In this document: positions 12,577 to 24,753 of the stretch, in pieces | How positions within the stretch are numbered: the stretch's first letter is position 1 | Layout of the letters: each line of letters starts with the position of its first letter | NCBI GenBank assembly: GCA_030770535.1 | Contig: JASVEC010000013.1 | Span: forward strand, 558,001-622,000 | DNA: 64,000 nucleotides | Reading direction: 5' to 3' | From: Batkoa obscura | Taxonomy: Eukaryota | Made by a program: the position numbers and the translations under genes | Notes under the pieces: generated by a model | The model's database searches: none | What the model saw: only the letters and a program-made list of their open reading frames with translations | Told to the model about the DNA's origin: nothing

Positions 12577-14681
12577 ATGAATGAAACGTATCGACGCTCA
12601 TATTTTATATTTTTATTTATCTTGTATGTATTTTTAAATGTTCAAATGATGAATAATGCACCATCTGAAAGGGATAATGATTTACATAAAAAAAGAATAA
12701 ACTTTATTAATGGTACTATTACAAACTCAACATTTGATTCAACGGATTTTGGTTTACCTGAAGGGTTAAAGAAATTTGAAAAAGTGGTATTTGATGAAAA
12801 GTTAATTAAAAATTCAGAGGGCAAGTTTTATCATGGGTTAAATGTCAGTTTTAAAGCGGATTGGAATAAACAACTAGTAGAAAAAATAGATATGAAAAGA
12901 ATATTACCAAAAACTGAAGAAGATCCAAATAATAATAATACAGATACAAGTAAATGGCGACAAGGTATGAATGTTTCTGATACTGGGTATTTTAATTTCC
13001 AGTTACGTTCAAAACCTACTAAGTTTGATAAACATTTAACAAAAGATATCAAATTTTTACAAGGTTATATTAATGTTTATACTGATATTGCACAATCCAA
13101 CTCGTATACTTTTTTGATGGAAGGCTTCCATTTTTTGAAGAATGGTTCCGCTTATTTACATGGATATTCATCAGTCAATAATTATAATCCAATTAATGTG
13201 ATGAGGCTGTTGCCTGATGAAAATACATTTAATACTGTAAAGAAATTTTATAATGAAAGTTATATAGATAGAATTTCTGTTTATGAAGATATTGGGCAAG
13301 ATTTTTTTGAAGGTAGTAATTCAACGTGTTATTTGGAGATGTTATTACAAATTAAACCATTTGATAAAAAATATTCATTGGATCAAATATTAAGTTTAGA
13401 ACAAGAATTAAAAGATCCAAAAGGTTTACCAACAATACCATCCATTTCAGTCCATACTAGTTTTTTTATGTATTCCCCAAATTGTCCAGAAATTGTATTA
13501 ACTAGTTATAATACAAAAGGAATTAAAATAGAATTAGTTACTAATAAACAAACGAATTATGCATTGATGGTAACTGCTTTGGGATTATTTAGTACTTTAT
13601 TATATATTAGTCAAATTGAATACACCTCTACAGCCTCAATGATATCTAAGTTATCTTGGTGGAGTTTTGTATTTTTTACCATTATTGATGGTTACTTTTG
13701 TTTAACTCATCTTACTGGAGCTGTCTTATTTCGTCCTGTTCGAGGTCTGTTTTTAGCCGCAGCATTTTTTTATTTTATACAAGTCGCCTTTTTTGAATTG
13801 AGATATTTGCAAATGATCTTAAAAATACAACGCCCTGAAAGTTCTAGATTAAGACAACATCAAGAAGCTGGTTATTTAAATATTCATTTTTATATCTTTA
13901 TTTTAATTGGTATGTTTATTGTTTATCAAACATTAACTAGTCGAGGTGTATTTCAACAAACTATATTAAGGTGTTTCTGTTTTTTTATGTATTCTTTTTG
14001 GTTGCCACAAATTTGGAGAAATTTAAAAAGAGGTACAAGTAAAGGGTTATCGTTGTCATTTATTTTGGGAATCTCTTTGTTTAAATTAGCAATACCATTA
14101 TATTTGTTTGCTTGTCCAAATAATTTGCTAGAAATCAAAGATGCAACAGAAACCAATTATTCTTGGGTTTATTATCTTACATTTTATGTAATTGTACAAA
14201 TTATTATTTTATTATCCCAAGATATCTTTGGTCCAAGATGGTTTACTCCAAGTTTTATTTTCCCACCAACTTATAATTATCATCCATTATCATCTGCTGC
14301 CCCACCACTTGATGAAGAAGCCCCTATTGATCCTTTGGAATCGGATTGTACTATTTGTATGTTACCTTTATTTCCAGAGAATTCAGAGTCAGACTCTAAA
14401 AACTCAAAGGGAGCAACATCAAATCCTAATGATCCATTGTTGTCTACTAACAATCTAAATGTTAATACAACGGCTACTTCAGCTTTAAATAGATTCACTA
14501 GTTCAAGAGGTATCATGGTAGCTCCTTGCTTTCATCGTTTTCATACACCTTGTTTGGAGCAGGTAAGTTTATTTTGGATAGTTTATTTTGGATAGTTTAT
14601 TTTTTTATTAATAATTTCTTTTAGTGGATGCGTATTAAACTTGAATGTCCAGTTTGTCGTGCTCAACTTCCACCTATCTAA
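12577..14681 (+). CDS. TUL1: Tul1/Dsc1-like multi-pass membrane RING-H2 E3 ubiquitin ligase (intron 14563-14624)
   Basis: Luminal N-terminal domain, several TM segments, YSFWLPQIWRN, GPRWF, DCTICM...PCFHRFHTPCLEQ spliced to WMRIKLECPVCRAQLPPI*. Confidence 0.92.
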
Positions 14682-15049
14682 TGGGTTCTTGTTTTTTTCA
14701 AATAAAAAGCAAAGGAATTAAAGATAAATGGTATGATTTAGTTGTGTCCATTTGTGTAGAATATAAAATGACATTTGATATTTAATTTAATTTGCATATA
14801 AATAGAATAGTTATAATAATAATAAATAAAATGAAACTTAAATCCTCGCTGTAGCAAAGGAGAAAAGTAAGAGCAGGATTGACTTTACCAAAATCTATCT
14901 GTTTTGCGAGTTATCAATATTCTTTAAACACAAAATAAGATTACTTAGAATTACAACGCCGTCTATATATAAAAAGATAAGAAATCGATCCAAAAATAAT
15001 TAACAATAAAACAATAAAACAAAAAAAGCAACTTTTTAATCTAAGATAA

Positions 15050-15442
15050 TTAATTGTATAAATACGCTTGAAATTGCTCTACCTCAAATTTGGTAATATA
15101 TTTTTTACCAATAATAACGGAACCAACTCGACGAGTGACATCTAATTTAAATAACAATATTAAATCCCATATAAAAAAGATCCCTAGGTCTTAAAAATTA
15201 AACTCCTTACCTCCTCTATATTCAGTAGAATAAGCCAAAACTACGTTCCCTTGTTTATCAGCGCAAGTAAATGTACCAATAAAACTTCGGCCATCCGTAA
15301 TAGTTACTTTGGCTAATTTATTCATTTTTTGCTTTAGTTTTTGAATATTACTTGATGGGATAATGTTTCTTTCATTTGATAATGGACCATTGAAGGTGCT
15401 GATTGCTTCAACTTCTTGAATATCTGGTAAGCTGAGTTTCAT
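15050..15442 (-). CDS. NAA38: LSm-domain protein, Naa38/Mak31 (NatC auxiliary subunit)-like (intron 15142-15210)
   Basis: KVTITDGRSFIGTFTCADKQGNVVLAYSTEY spliced to DVTRRVGSVIIGKKYITKFEV, giving Sm1 and Sm2 motifs. Confidence 0.78.
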
Positions 15443-15624
15443 TAACAAATTGTTCTTGATATTAGAGTAAAAATTAAAATGGACTTGAGAAAATGTTGAA
15501 CGTGAAACAGTTTAACTACTGATATTTATAAGTTTTGCTTTTTTGTGCTACTCAATTCTACTTTCGGTAAGTTGAAATATTCTAATAGTACTAATAAAAT
15601 TTTAAGGTAAGGAATTGAAGTCAA

Positions 15625-15698
15625 GTTTCCGTGGTGTAGTTGGTTATCACATCTGTCTAACACACAGAAGGTCTCCAGTTCGAATCTGGACGGAAACA
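15625..15698 (+). tRNA. tRNA-Val(AAC)
   Basis: GTTTCCG/CGGAAAC acceptor stem; TCTGT-CT-AAC-AC-ACAGA anticodon arm; TCCAG-TTCGAAT-CTGGA T-arm; T-rich tail. Confidence 0.97.
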
Positions 15699-15826
15699 TT
15701 TCTTTTATCTTTTTCAATCAGGCTTGGCAAGTCAGAAATCAGATTTCTTAGTCAAATTCAAAATATTATTAACAACTGTTGTAATTCTTTATTAACCCTA
15801 TTAACTGCTCAGTTAAGAAAAAAGAT

Positions 15827-15893
15827 GGGGATGTATTTTTGTGTTTAATTTTACTAACAATTTTTCCGCTGAAATAGCGCTTAAAAAAATGTA
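15827..15893 (+). mobile_element. MITE, 3'-truncated copy
   Basis: ggggatgtatttttgtgtttaattttactaac...gcgcttaaaaaaatg. Confidence 0.85.
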
Positions 15894-16195
15894 ATGTCAA
15901 AATGAGCTCAAAAATTCTCGAACTTTAAAATTAATGTTTTGTATTTTATATTGATTAACTATCAAAATGTATATTTAGAATACTTTAATTGTATACTTTA
16001 TTATAAGAGATAATAAAATTTAGAAATGATAGAATGTTGCTTAGTCATTCAAATTAAGATAAAATAGCATATTTTTATAACTAAGGAATACAACCAATTT
16101 GAAGCTGTTGCAACTCTTTTGCGACCATTTTAGCGATGATTTTCGTAATCAAATTATTTCTAGAATCTGTTTTTAAATATCCAATTTAACAATAT

Positions 16196-16291
16196 GGGGG
16201 TGTTTTTTTTGGTTTCATTACTTTTTCCATTTTTTAAGCGCTATTTAAGTGGAAAAATTGTTAGTAAAATTAAACACAAAAATACATCCCC
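16196..16291 (-). mobile_element. MITE full copy (TSD ATAT), followed by a partial tandem copy at 16296-16328
   Basis: atat|gggggtgttttttttgg...aatacatcccc|atat. Confidence 0.92.
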
Positions 16292-16504
16292 ATATGGTGA
16301 TATTTTTTTGGCTTCGTTATTTTTTCCAAGCAGTGGATAACAATTATGTCAAAAAAAGTCTAATATCATAAAATAATTGTAATTAAAAATTAAGATATAG
16401 AATGTTTTGACATTAAACAAAAAAGATAACAAAATAGTAAGTTGCTTTAAATTTGTTTGTTTATGTATTTATTTTATAAAGTTTGATCATCATGACTTTA
16501 TCAT

Positions 16505-16703
16505 TTAAATAGGCTTATAATCCGGAAGGTCATTTGAGAGTTGAATGGACTGTTTATAATTAGCTTCAAGTTCTATTAAATAAGTAACATTTATATTTTT
16601 CATAATAGCTATATTTTCTGACACTGGTTCAACATAAGGTATAATTTTCTTTTGATTGGAATGAGGTCTAAAGGTAGTAACTAAATTATTAAAAATAGAT
16701 TTA
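16505..16703 (-). pseudogene. Orphan 3'-end fragment of a third tyrosinase paralogue
   Basis: Matches the last ~200 nt of the tyrosinase genes (ttaaataggcttataatccggaaggtcat...gcttcaagttct). Homology stops at the MITE at 16708. Confidence 0.88.
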
Positions 16704-16707
16704 ATAT

Positions 16708-16804
16708 AAGGATGTTTTTTTTGGTTTCATTATTTTTTTCATTTTTCAAGCGCTATTTAAGTAGAGTAACTGTTAGTAAAATTCTTGAACAAAAATACAC
16801 CCCC
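16708..16804 (-). mobile_element. MITE full copy (TSD ATAT)
   Basis: atat|aaggatgtttt...aaaatacaccccc|atat. Confidence 0.88.
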
Positions 16805-17133
16805 ATATATTAAGGACTTACAAATTTAAAAACTTAAAATTTGGATTAAAGTCTTACGGTGTACTGGAACCAGGTGACACGAATTCATTAAGCTCTTATA
16901 GTTATTCAACGTTTTTAAATACTAAGCTTTATATCGTTAATCCTATCTCGTATATAAATCCACCTCCCTATCCCTTATCATACACATGGCTGTGAGATAT
17001 TGGATTAGAAACAGTTGACAAATTATAGGAACTATTTTCAAGGCTATTTAATCGTAATGGTTTGAAGGATGAATGCCCTTGGATAATTATTAATACAAGT
17101 ATGGATTTAATTCCAACCGTCTAATTTCTATTT

Positions 17134-17229
17134 GGGGATGTATTTTTTTGTTCAAGAATTTTACTAACAATTACTCTACTTAAATAGCGCTTGAAAAATG
17201 GAAAAAGTGATGAAATCAAAAACACCCTC
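17134..17229 (+). mobile_element. MITE full copy (TSD ATTT)
   Basis: attt|ggggatg...aacaccctc|attt. Confidence 0.9.
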
Positions 17230-18737
17230 ATTTCTATCTATATCCCAATGCATTAGAACAATTCTATTTTTCAGAATCTCAAAATAAGCTAATTTATAGT
17301 AGAGTTCAACGATTGATTTATTGAATTAAAAGGGATGTAGATAAAGCTCGCTATTTTGAAGATAGTGAGTTTGCAATCGAAGCTATAAAAGAAGTCTTCC
17401 AAAAGTTTCATTTTTTGGAAAAATAAACTTTAGAAGTATATTACAATTGATATTTAATAGATTATTACCTTTGATTCTTTGAAAATATGGAATTATTCAT
17501 TGTTTGCTATAATGATCTGAGAGACTGTTTTTGAAACCTTGAGAAAGGTAAAGCTCCTAAATATTTTTTTTTTAGAAACGAACTTGAAAGAGATTGAAAT
17601 GAGGGAGCTGGATGATTATGGCGATGGTAGTATGTAGAAGAGTTAAGTAACAAAATTTCCAGATCAATGGGGGTACTCTAGTTCAAGGGTGTTGGCTTTG
17701 ATCTGGGCAAGTTGTATCTATCTGTTCCATACTTAGCATTGTATGAACTAATACATAAAAATAAATAAAATGGGGTAGCATAAGGAGGATAGAGTCATTA
17801 TCACCTGAGAGTTTTCTATACTATCAGTGGATGGTCCAAAGACCGTGGGAATGTTTTTATTTCAACATTTTACTAAAAAATTCTCTCAATTTCATACTAC
17901 ATATAAAATAAAAAAAGCAATAAAATATAATAAAACGTTCTTACCTATCTTCATCTAGAAATCGATTTTTTAATATCATAAGTTTGATAGCTTATTTAAT
18001 ATTTTGTAAAATTTGTTAATGTAGTCATGTTTCTCAGTTAAAAAAATTCAACTAGTGATTTTTTCGGATCTTTATGCTTAAAAAGTTGTCAGAGTAATGA
18101 AACAGAAAAATAGCCTTTTATTCGATTTAAAGAATAGTATATTAGTATCTTAAAGTTATTACAATTTTATATAAATGTGTTTTTTATTAAGTTGTAAAAA
18201 GCTGTAATTATAAGGACTATGTAGCAAAATATCGCTATCATAAAATATAAAAATAAATCTTGAAAATCAATCATCAAGCATCAATTATTTTTATTATAAA
18301 GAATAAAGTTATTTTTAAAGAAAAAATTAAAATTAGCCAAAACCAGCAGTATAGATTTTAAAAATAAATCGAACTGGGAACAACATTAATAATGCCAATA
18401 ATAAAAATAAAGCTATCAAATATTAATAATTCAAGTTACAGTGTATTAACATTAACGATCTAAAAAATGCATCAAACATTTGAAAAAATATAACAACGCT
18501 ATATCTAAAGTAGCTGCTTTATTTTAAATCGCGTTATTAACATTCGAATATTAGATGTTAGTAATAAAATAATCTGCGTAGCCTAGTTTTTTTACAGGTT
18601 ACATTTATAAGATTTAATATTAAAATGAGATTATAAGAATTCTAATTAAAAATAATAAATGTACCATAAATATTTTACTTTTTATTAACTAATACTAAGC
18701 GTATCAGCACGGCTGATATTACTTATTTTAGAACAAT

Positions 18738-19838
18738 TTAAAATCGACAACTTGGGTTACCATCTACTACTTTACATGAGGTAGCAGGTGGGCATCCAAC
18801 GCTATAAAAGGTGCCGTAAGAGCAAATTTCAATACCACTACTTCCACAACGTAGGGAGCCGTGCTGGCACTTTTCCCCATTGGAAGGTGGAGGAGTTACG
18901 CTGGAAGGTATAGGTTGAGCAGGATACCCAGAAGATGGTAATACTTCAGTTGGGTAAACTGGGGCTTGAGATTGGGATTGTGTAGTTTCGCTTGGTGGTG
19001 GGGCAACTGATGTTGCAGTCGTTTGTACAGGTGGTTGTGAAGTAGAAGTAGTAGTTTCTACAGGTGGTTGTGAAGTAGAAGTAGTAATTTCTACAGGTGG
19101 TTGTGAAGTAGAAGTAGTAGTTTCTACTGGTGGTTGAGGTTGAGTTTGAGATGGAGTTTCAACTGGATAAGCTTGAGAGCTTGATTGGGCTGGTGGATTG
19201 ACAGGGGCAGAATTACCAGAAGGTGAAATGGTTAACATTGGTTGAGCATCGAATTGATCTTTACCATAATCGTTAGCAAAACCTTCTGGGAAAGTGGAGT
19301 ATCCTGGTAGATCAGCTACCAAAACTTTACGACCAGTAATGCTACCATTATCTTTTCCACCTTTAATAGTGATATCAGCGCAATTCATATAAAGTTCACG
19401 ATTACCAGTTCGATTGATCCAGACCCAAGCAAAGGTAGCTTGACCATTTGGAGCATCTGCTGGAAGTGGTACATCATAAGTTAAACTATCTAACATACAA
19501 GTTCCCATCACAGTTTTTACAACAACAAAGTCTTTGTCATTGAAAGATAATGCAAATTGACAGTGACCACCATTATGGTTAGCACCACCGCCAAGCGTAA
19601 CTGGGATGGATTGGCCTGCCTGGGCGTCATAAGATGATGGACCCTTTCCATAACCACGGCATGGATATGGGAATTCAGGGCCAAGTGGAGCAGTGTATGA
19701 ATAATCGAATTGGGATTCGGCATAGTTTTTGTTATGTTTAGATTTCCTTGGTGGAGGATAAGACATTTCCATATGGGATACAACTTGGTGCACAGCTCCA
19801 AGTAAGAGTAAAGATAATGAAAAATTTAATGAGACCAT
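18738..19838 (-). CDS. AA11-type lytic polysaccharide monooxygenase with P/T/S linker and C-terminal Cys-rich (CBM19/X278-like) module
   Basis: Signal peptide then His1 (HMEMSYPPPR); YPCRGY; GGANHNGGHCQF; WVWINRTGNRELYMNCADI; QPPVETTTSTS linker repeats; 6-Cys tail. Confidence 0.88.
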   Translation of the reverse strand: MVSLNFSLSLLLLGAVHQVVSHMEMSYPPPRKSKHNKNYAESQFDYSYTAPLGPEFPYPCRGYGKGPSSYDAQAGQSIPVTLGGGANHNGGHCQFALSFNDKDFVVVKTVMGTCMLDSLTYDVPLPADAPNGQATFAWVWINRTGNRELYMNCADITIKGGKDNGSITGRKVLVADLPGYSTFPEGFANDYGKDQFDAQPMLTISPSGNSAPVNPPAQSSSQAYPVETPSQTQPQPPVETTTSTSQPPVEITTSTSQPPVETTTSTSQPPVQTTATSVAPPPSETTQSQSQAPVYPTEVLPSSGYPAQPIPSSVTPPPSNGEKCQHGSLRCGSSGIEICSYGTFYSVGCPPATSCKVVDGNPSCRF

Positions 19839-20809
19839 GATTAATTGTTATATTACAAACTTTTACAAGAATTAGATGATATGAGAATAATGTACAAATG
19901 CCAAATGCGAAATTTTAGCTAAAGAAATCGATTACCTTTGAGTTGGTATTTATACTTTTTTGAATGGTTGATTAACATCCCTCCAATTCATTCATCTCAA
20001 ATTTTTGTGGTTAAACAGGATTGATGTTTTATTAACACATTTTCTATTTTGGTAGCCTTAACTTGGAATTTTAATAATAATCCCGCTTTAAAGGGTTGAA
20101 ATGTTCTATTTACTTAATTTAAATTGAAATACCACTCAATACAAATTACTAAATTTGTAGTCAGTTTAATTATGATGATTGTGAAAGTACTAGTTAAACT
20201 CAAATGTTTACCGTCATTGATTATAAAAGAATAAAAGTTTAAGCTTTTTAAATTTAGAGGAAGTCAAATTTACACTGTGAATAGTGGTGACGACTAAGTC
20301 AATGAAGCCATTAATTTTATTACCTCAGTTTTATTCCATTACTAGCTAGTCACTGTGGTGGGATGGTTTCTTTATTTTGATCTTCAATAAAATATTTTTG
20401 AAGTTACTTTTTAATAAAGTTCGACTTTTAAAAACCATATCACAATAAAAATGGTTTCATTTTACTCACATGCAGCTAAATATTCTTATACATCATTAAA
20501 ATAGAGCAAAAAGATCAAATAGTCGAGATTGATTTGGATTATGTTGTCACTGGATAAAATTCTTTAAATACTTTTTATAGTTTTAAATTAGTTAGTGAAA
20601 ACATTTTAATATCAACGACTAACTACTTAATAACTTTCAATACCGTTTTAAAGAAGTGGGTTAAGTTTTAAAAATGCCAGATTAACTATCTCAAGTAAAT
20701 CGACACAATCCATTCTTTATTTATGAATACAGTTTAGCCATTTAACATTTAAATTCACGGTTGGATTGCTATTGCTATTTCTATAACTTAATTAATTTTC
20801 AATTTGTAA

Positions 20810-20858
20810 AGTAGTCATTCATTGAGCTTTAATAAAAAAAGCTCAATAAATACTACTA
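20810..20858. repeat. Short hairpin (~20-bp arms)
   Basis: agtagtcattcattgagcttt...aaagctcaataaatactact. Confidence 0.5.
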
Positions 20859-21634
20859 AGAAAGTAAAATGATGGAATAACTTAAATGAATTAGGATATG
20901 ATATTTTTTGGAATTTACTTTAATTAGGCATTAAGCAATAAAGGAGAATGCTTTTATTGAAGTTACCTTTTGTCTTCTATAAGTCGGAAAATACACAAAG
21001 TTTGTAAAAAAATTATTAAAAATTAATGAATTTTAAAAAGACAGTATGATATCATTCAAACTTTCATTTTAAAGGTTCTTTAATTAAAATCATTTAAAAA
21101 ATGAAAAAGGAATAATCAACCTAAAGCGCATCTCCGTTCACCAGAAAAATATCGGTTGCAATAAGCATTAATTATTAAATTATGTTTTGATTTATTATAT
21201 TTTATATTGAATTTTTTACTACCCCTTTTCAAAACAAGTTAACAAAGGTATATTAATTTTATGCTCCCTTAATAAATTGCCAACCGATTACTTTAATTTT
21301 TGGAGTCAATGCTTCATTTTTAATTAAAGTTTTAAAATGCTTGATAAATAAAAAGGAGGTAATACAACAAGGTACAACAAATCTACTACCATCACTTACA
21401 CAATGAAAATACTCTCCTAAACAGCCATCTTTCATTTTCACAAATCTAAAACAAACCAAGACCCTCTTTCTTTCAAGAAGTTCTAGAAATAAAAGATTTG
21501 GCCATATTAAATTAAGCTTTTTATTAAAACCCCTCTTGTTCGTTACTGTTTTCTAGTAAAAGGCATTGTGAACAGAATGCTTATCTTTATGTAAGAATTT
21601 ATGTATTTTTTTTGTGCTTTTAACACAAAGTAAA

Positions 21635-21707
21635 GGGGATCTAGCTCACTTGGTAGAGCGCCCGCTTCGCATGCGGGAGGCACCGGGATCGATGCCCGGG
21701 TTCTCCA
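21635..21707 (+). tRNA. tRNA-Ala(CGC)
   Basis: GGGGATC/GTTCTCC acceptor stem with G3:U70; GCTC/GAGC D-stem; CCCGC-TT-CGC-AT-GCGGG anticodon arm; CCGGG-ATCGATG-CCCGG T-arm. Confidence 0.97.
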
Positions 21708-22076
21708 AAGCTTTTACATTTTTTTTATTTAATGTAAACTTGATGTTTATATCAATTGATCCATTGTGCTTTTATAGACTTAGAGTTTTCTATTTGTATA
21801 TTTTTTTATTACGGGAAATTGGATCTATCTAAGAAATTTTTTTAGGATAGATAAGAAACCATGTACTAGAAAGAGGTAAGGATTAAAACATACTAGCAGT
21901 ATCCATAACCTTAGCAACCAGAAAACAGTCAGAGCATGTAGTTTATCACACTGCTTTGGACTGAATTCAGTCATATAGTAAAGGTATTCAAGTTCTGAGT
22001 AGAGAAGCTCTTTCCACTCTACCACCAAGATCTTTATATAATTACAATAATCATAGGCTAATTATAAAACAAATAC

Positions 22077-22280
22077 GGGGATGTGTTTTTTTGTTTAAGA
22101 ATTTTACTAACAATCTTTCCATTCAAATAGCGCTTAAAAAATGTAAAAAGTAATGAAACCAAAAAAAACACCCCCATATATGGGAATGTATTTTTGTGTT
22201 TAAGAATTTTACTAACAATCTTTCCGCTGAAATAGTGCTTAAAAGATGGAAAAAATAATGAAGCCAAAAAAAACACCTCC
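22077..22280 (+). mobile_element. Tandem dimer of the MITE (22077-22175 and 22182-22280)
   Basis: Two direct copies joined by atatat; outer flanks atac and atat. Confidence 0.92.
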
Positions 22281-23017
22281 ATATAACTTTTAATTTTGAT
22301 GAAAATATTATAAAGTTGCCATTAAATATCTTAAAACCCAAAAGCTGCTATTATAAAAATACTGGAATAATTATTTTATATTTAAAATAGCAATAAAATG
22401 AGAAGTAGAGCCTTAGCAGCTGGCCTTCCGCCCTATTTCCTTTCTATTAGCTGTCTTGTTTAAACAAATTACTTGGGGGTTCCCCTTTTCAAGAACACTA
22501 AAAGAAACTATAAAATAAAAGGCGTTATAAAATAGCTTAAAAGCAACAAAATTAAAATCTAATCATAAGTTTTTTTGTTTCAATAAAAATAAATGATGCT
22601 CTACGATATTTTTATATTCATTTGCTTTTGTTGGAATTTAATAATTAAAAAAGTAATCGTTTACTATATGATAAAACCAACAAGCAATATCAATTTCAAA
22701 TATTATTCTAACTGTGTGCATTTGTTGAACATAAATTTTTTATACCTTTTTAATCTTTTATAGAATTATTTAAATTTATAGTGGAATTAATATTTTTTGA
22801 TATAAGAATCAAAAACAATAATTTTTAGTACAATTTTTAAAACAAAATGTTTAAAGTATAATTAAGTTTATTTTTATTTGTAAAAGGATGACAAAGATTA
22901 ACTGTTATTTTCTTTAGAAGCGAATGTTGTAGTCTTTTTTCAGTCATTTATATTAACACTAACGAGAGCTCTTTGCTTTTTTTAATCTTCAACTTTTTAC
23001 TTATATTTGTAATATGT

Positions 23018-23113
23018 GGGGATGTATTTTTGTGTTTAATAATTTTACTAACAATTTTTCCGCTCAAATAGTGCTTAAAAATGGAAAAAGTGATGAAGTC
23101 AAAAAAACACCCC
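23018..23113 (+). mobile_element. MITE full copy (TSD ATGT)
   Basis: atgt|ggggatg...aacacccc|atgt. Confidence 0.93.
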
Positions 23114-23335
23114 ATGTAATGATGAAAATAAATCTAACTTGATTTTTAAAAATATATAATAACAAAGCATTTTTTATAATGATAAATTTGAGTTGTCAGT
23201 GTCCTATTTCTTTTTAATATACAGTTGTGCGCGATGCCATGGATCCTAGAACTCTAAGTGGGCTAAAAGGGGAAGTGTTTATGTACTCAATTGATTTTGT
23301 AAAAGCTTGAAATTGTTCAAAGATGGCAAACAACT

Positions 23336-23434
23336 GGGGGTGTTCTTTTTTGGCTTCATCACTTTTTCCATTTTTAAGCACTATTTGAGCGGAAAAATTG
23401 TTAGTAAAATTATTAAACACAAAAATACATCCCC
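23336..23434 (-). mobile_element. MITE full copy (TSD AACT)
   Basis: aact|gggggtg...tacatcccc|aact. Confidence 0.93.
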
Positions 23435-23949
23435 AACTAATTAAAATAAACTTTGCATAATTTATTAAAAAACTCGAAATTTAAAAAAATTTAAAGTGGT
23501 AAAATTTTTCAAACCTGTAGCTGACATTTTAAATAAATTAAAATGATATCAACTTTAAAGATTAAAATAGAAAAGAAAGAAAAGGACAATATATTAGATT
23601 TAAGGGGATATAAAAAACCAATAAAGTGGTAAGTAAGATATGAAATAAGCTAACTATATTTTAAATATTATGTTGAGTTTTTAATAAGATCATACTTTAT
23701 TGTTAAAGTTCAGTTTCAGATATATATTATTTTCTATTAGATTTTGAAATCAGAATTTAGATTACTACTAGACAATAAAAATCAAACAAAAGTTTTAATT
23801 TGCTGGAACACAATGAAAAATTTAGTGGTTCAGCTTGATAACGCGAAAAGAAAACAAAAATTATATTATCAAATGGAATAATAAATATCTTTAATGAATC
23901 GTTTAAGTAGAAATTTAATTAATATCTTAGGGTAGAACTCTGGTAAAAT

Positions 23950-24753
23950 TTAAGCCTTTATCGTTGTTTGTGATCGAAACCTTTGTCTACATCTCAGCCT
24001 TACAATAGTACCTGAAAGGTAACTTGTTGCACCAATTGTAAAAACTGCGCTATATATAACTAACCCTATTGGTAGTCCAACCAAAGCCATGCCCCCAGTA
24101 TCAGTTTCAGCAAGTTCTTTATTGAATGCACCTTGCTTAGCTGTGTTGGTATTCACTTTATTTTCTGGAGTTGAATTTTGATTTAGATTTTGAGAAATAT
24201 CAATAGGTTCAGAAGCAGAATAGAAATAATCCACCTTTTCTTCTAAGTCTTTAAATTCGTCCTTACCATCTAAAGCGACCTTAAAGCTGTTTGGTTTAAG
24301 ATTGTCAAAATTTAAACCTTTCTTAAAGCCACCATAAATTCTAATTGTCACCGATTTATCTTCTTGTAGATCGTCTTTCAATCTTATTATATAGTCATCG
24401 TTATACTGATCAACTACTGGTGGGTCATGACGCTCAACCTTTACTCCATTGTCTTTGAACTTAAAACTCAGGATAAATTTTTTATCATAATTGGAGTAGT
24501 CTTTAAATTTTTTGCTATGATAAATAGTAACGTCGGCCCAAAATTTATTGTTAGTATTGTTGAAACTTTTTAACCCATAGTTGATCTGTAGACCAAAATC
24601 ATTTTTCGGATCTTTTGCGTCTTTCGGAAGTGAGGTATAATCTGGTAGATTGCCGTTTTGGTTGTTATTGTTGGTGTCCTGACCCTGTATCAATGATATT
24701 AAATTACTGCTTATCAAAAGTACAGTAAAATAAAAAATATTAGCTAATATCAT
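23950..24753 (-). CDS. Uncharacterised type I membrane protein, 267 aa
   Basis: Signal peptide, beta-rich ectodomain, C-terminal hydrophobic segment (ALVGLPIGLVIYSAVFTIG) and basic tail. Confidence 0.75.
   Translation of the reverse strand: MILANIFYFTVLLISSNLISLIQGQDTNNNNQNGNLPDYTSLPKDAKDPKNDFGLQINYGLKSFNNTNNKFWADVTIYHSKKFKDYSNYDKKFILSFKFKDNGVKVERHDPPVVDQYNDDYIIRLKDDLQEDKSVTIRIYGGFKKGLNFDNLKPNSFKVALDGKDEFKDLEEKVDYFYSASEPIDISQNLNQNSTPENKVNTNTAKQGAFNKELAETDTGGMALVGLPIGLVIYSAVFTIGATSYLSGTIVRLRCRQRFRSQTTIKA

Noticed and set aside
14563..14624. 14-bp tandem duplication gtttattttggata in the TUL1 intron
   Set aside because: Simple slippage repeat; splice sites are intact.
12221..21832. Short ORFs at 12221, 12228, 15526, 15615 and 21614
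   Set aside because: They overlap tRNA genes or tRNA relics, whose GC content keeps frames open by chance.
22058..23420. Short ORFs 22058-22282, 22123-22341 and 23214-23420
   Set aside because: They read through MITE copies and have no independent coding signal.
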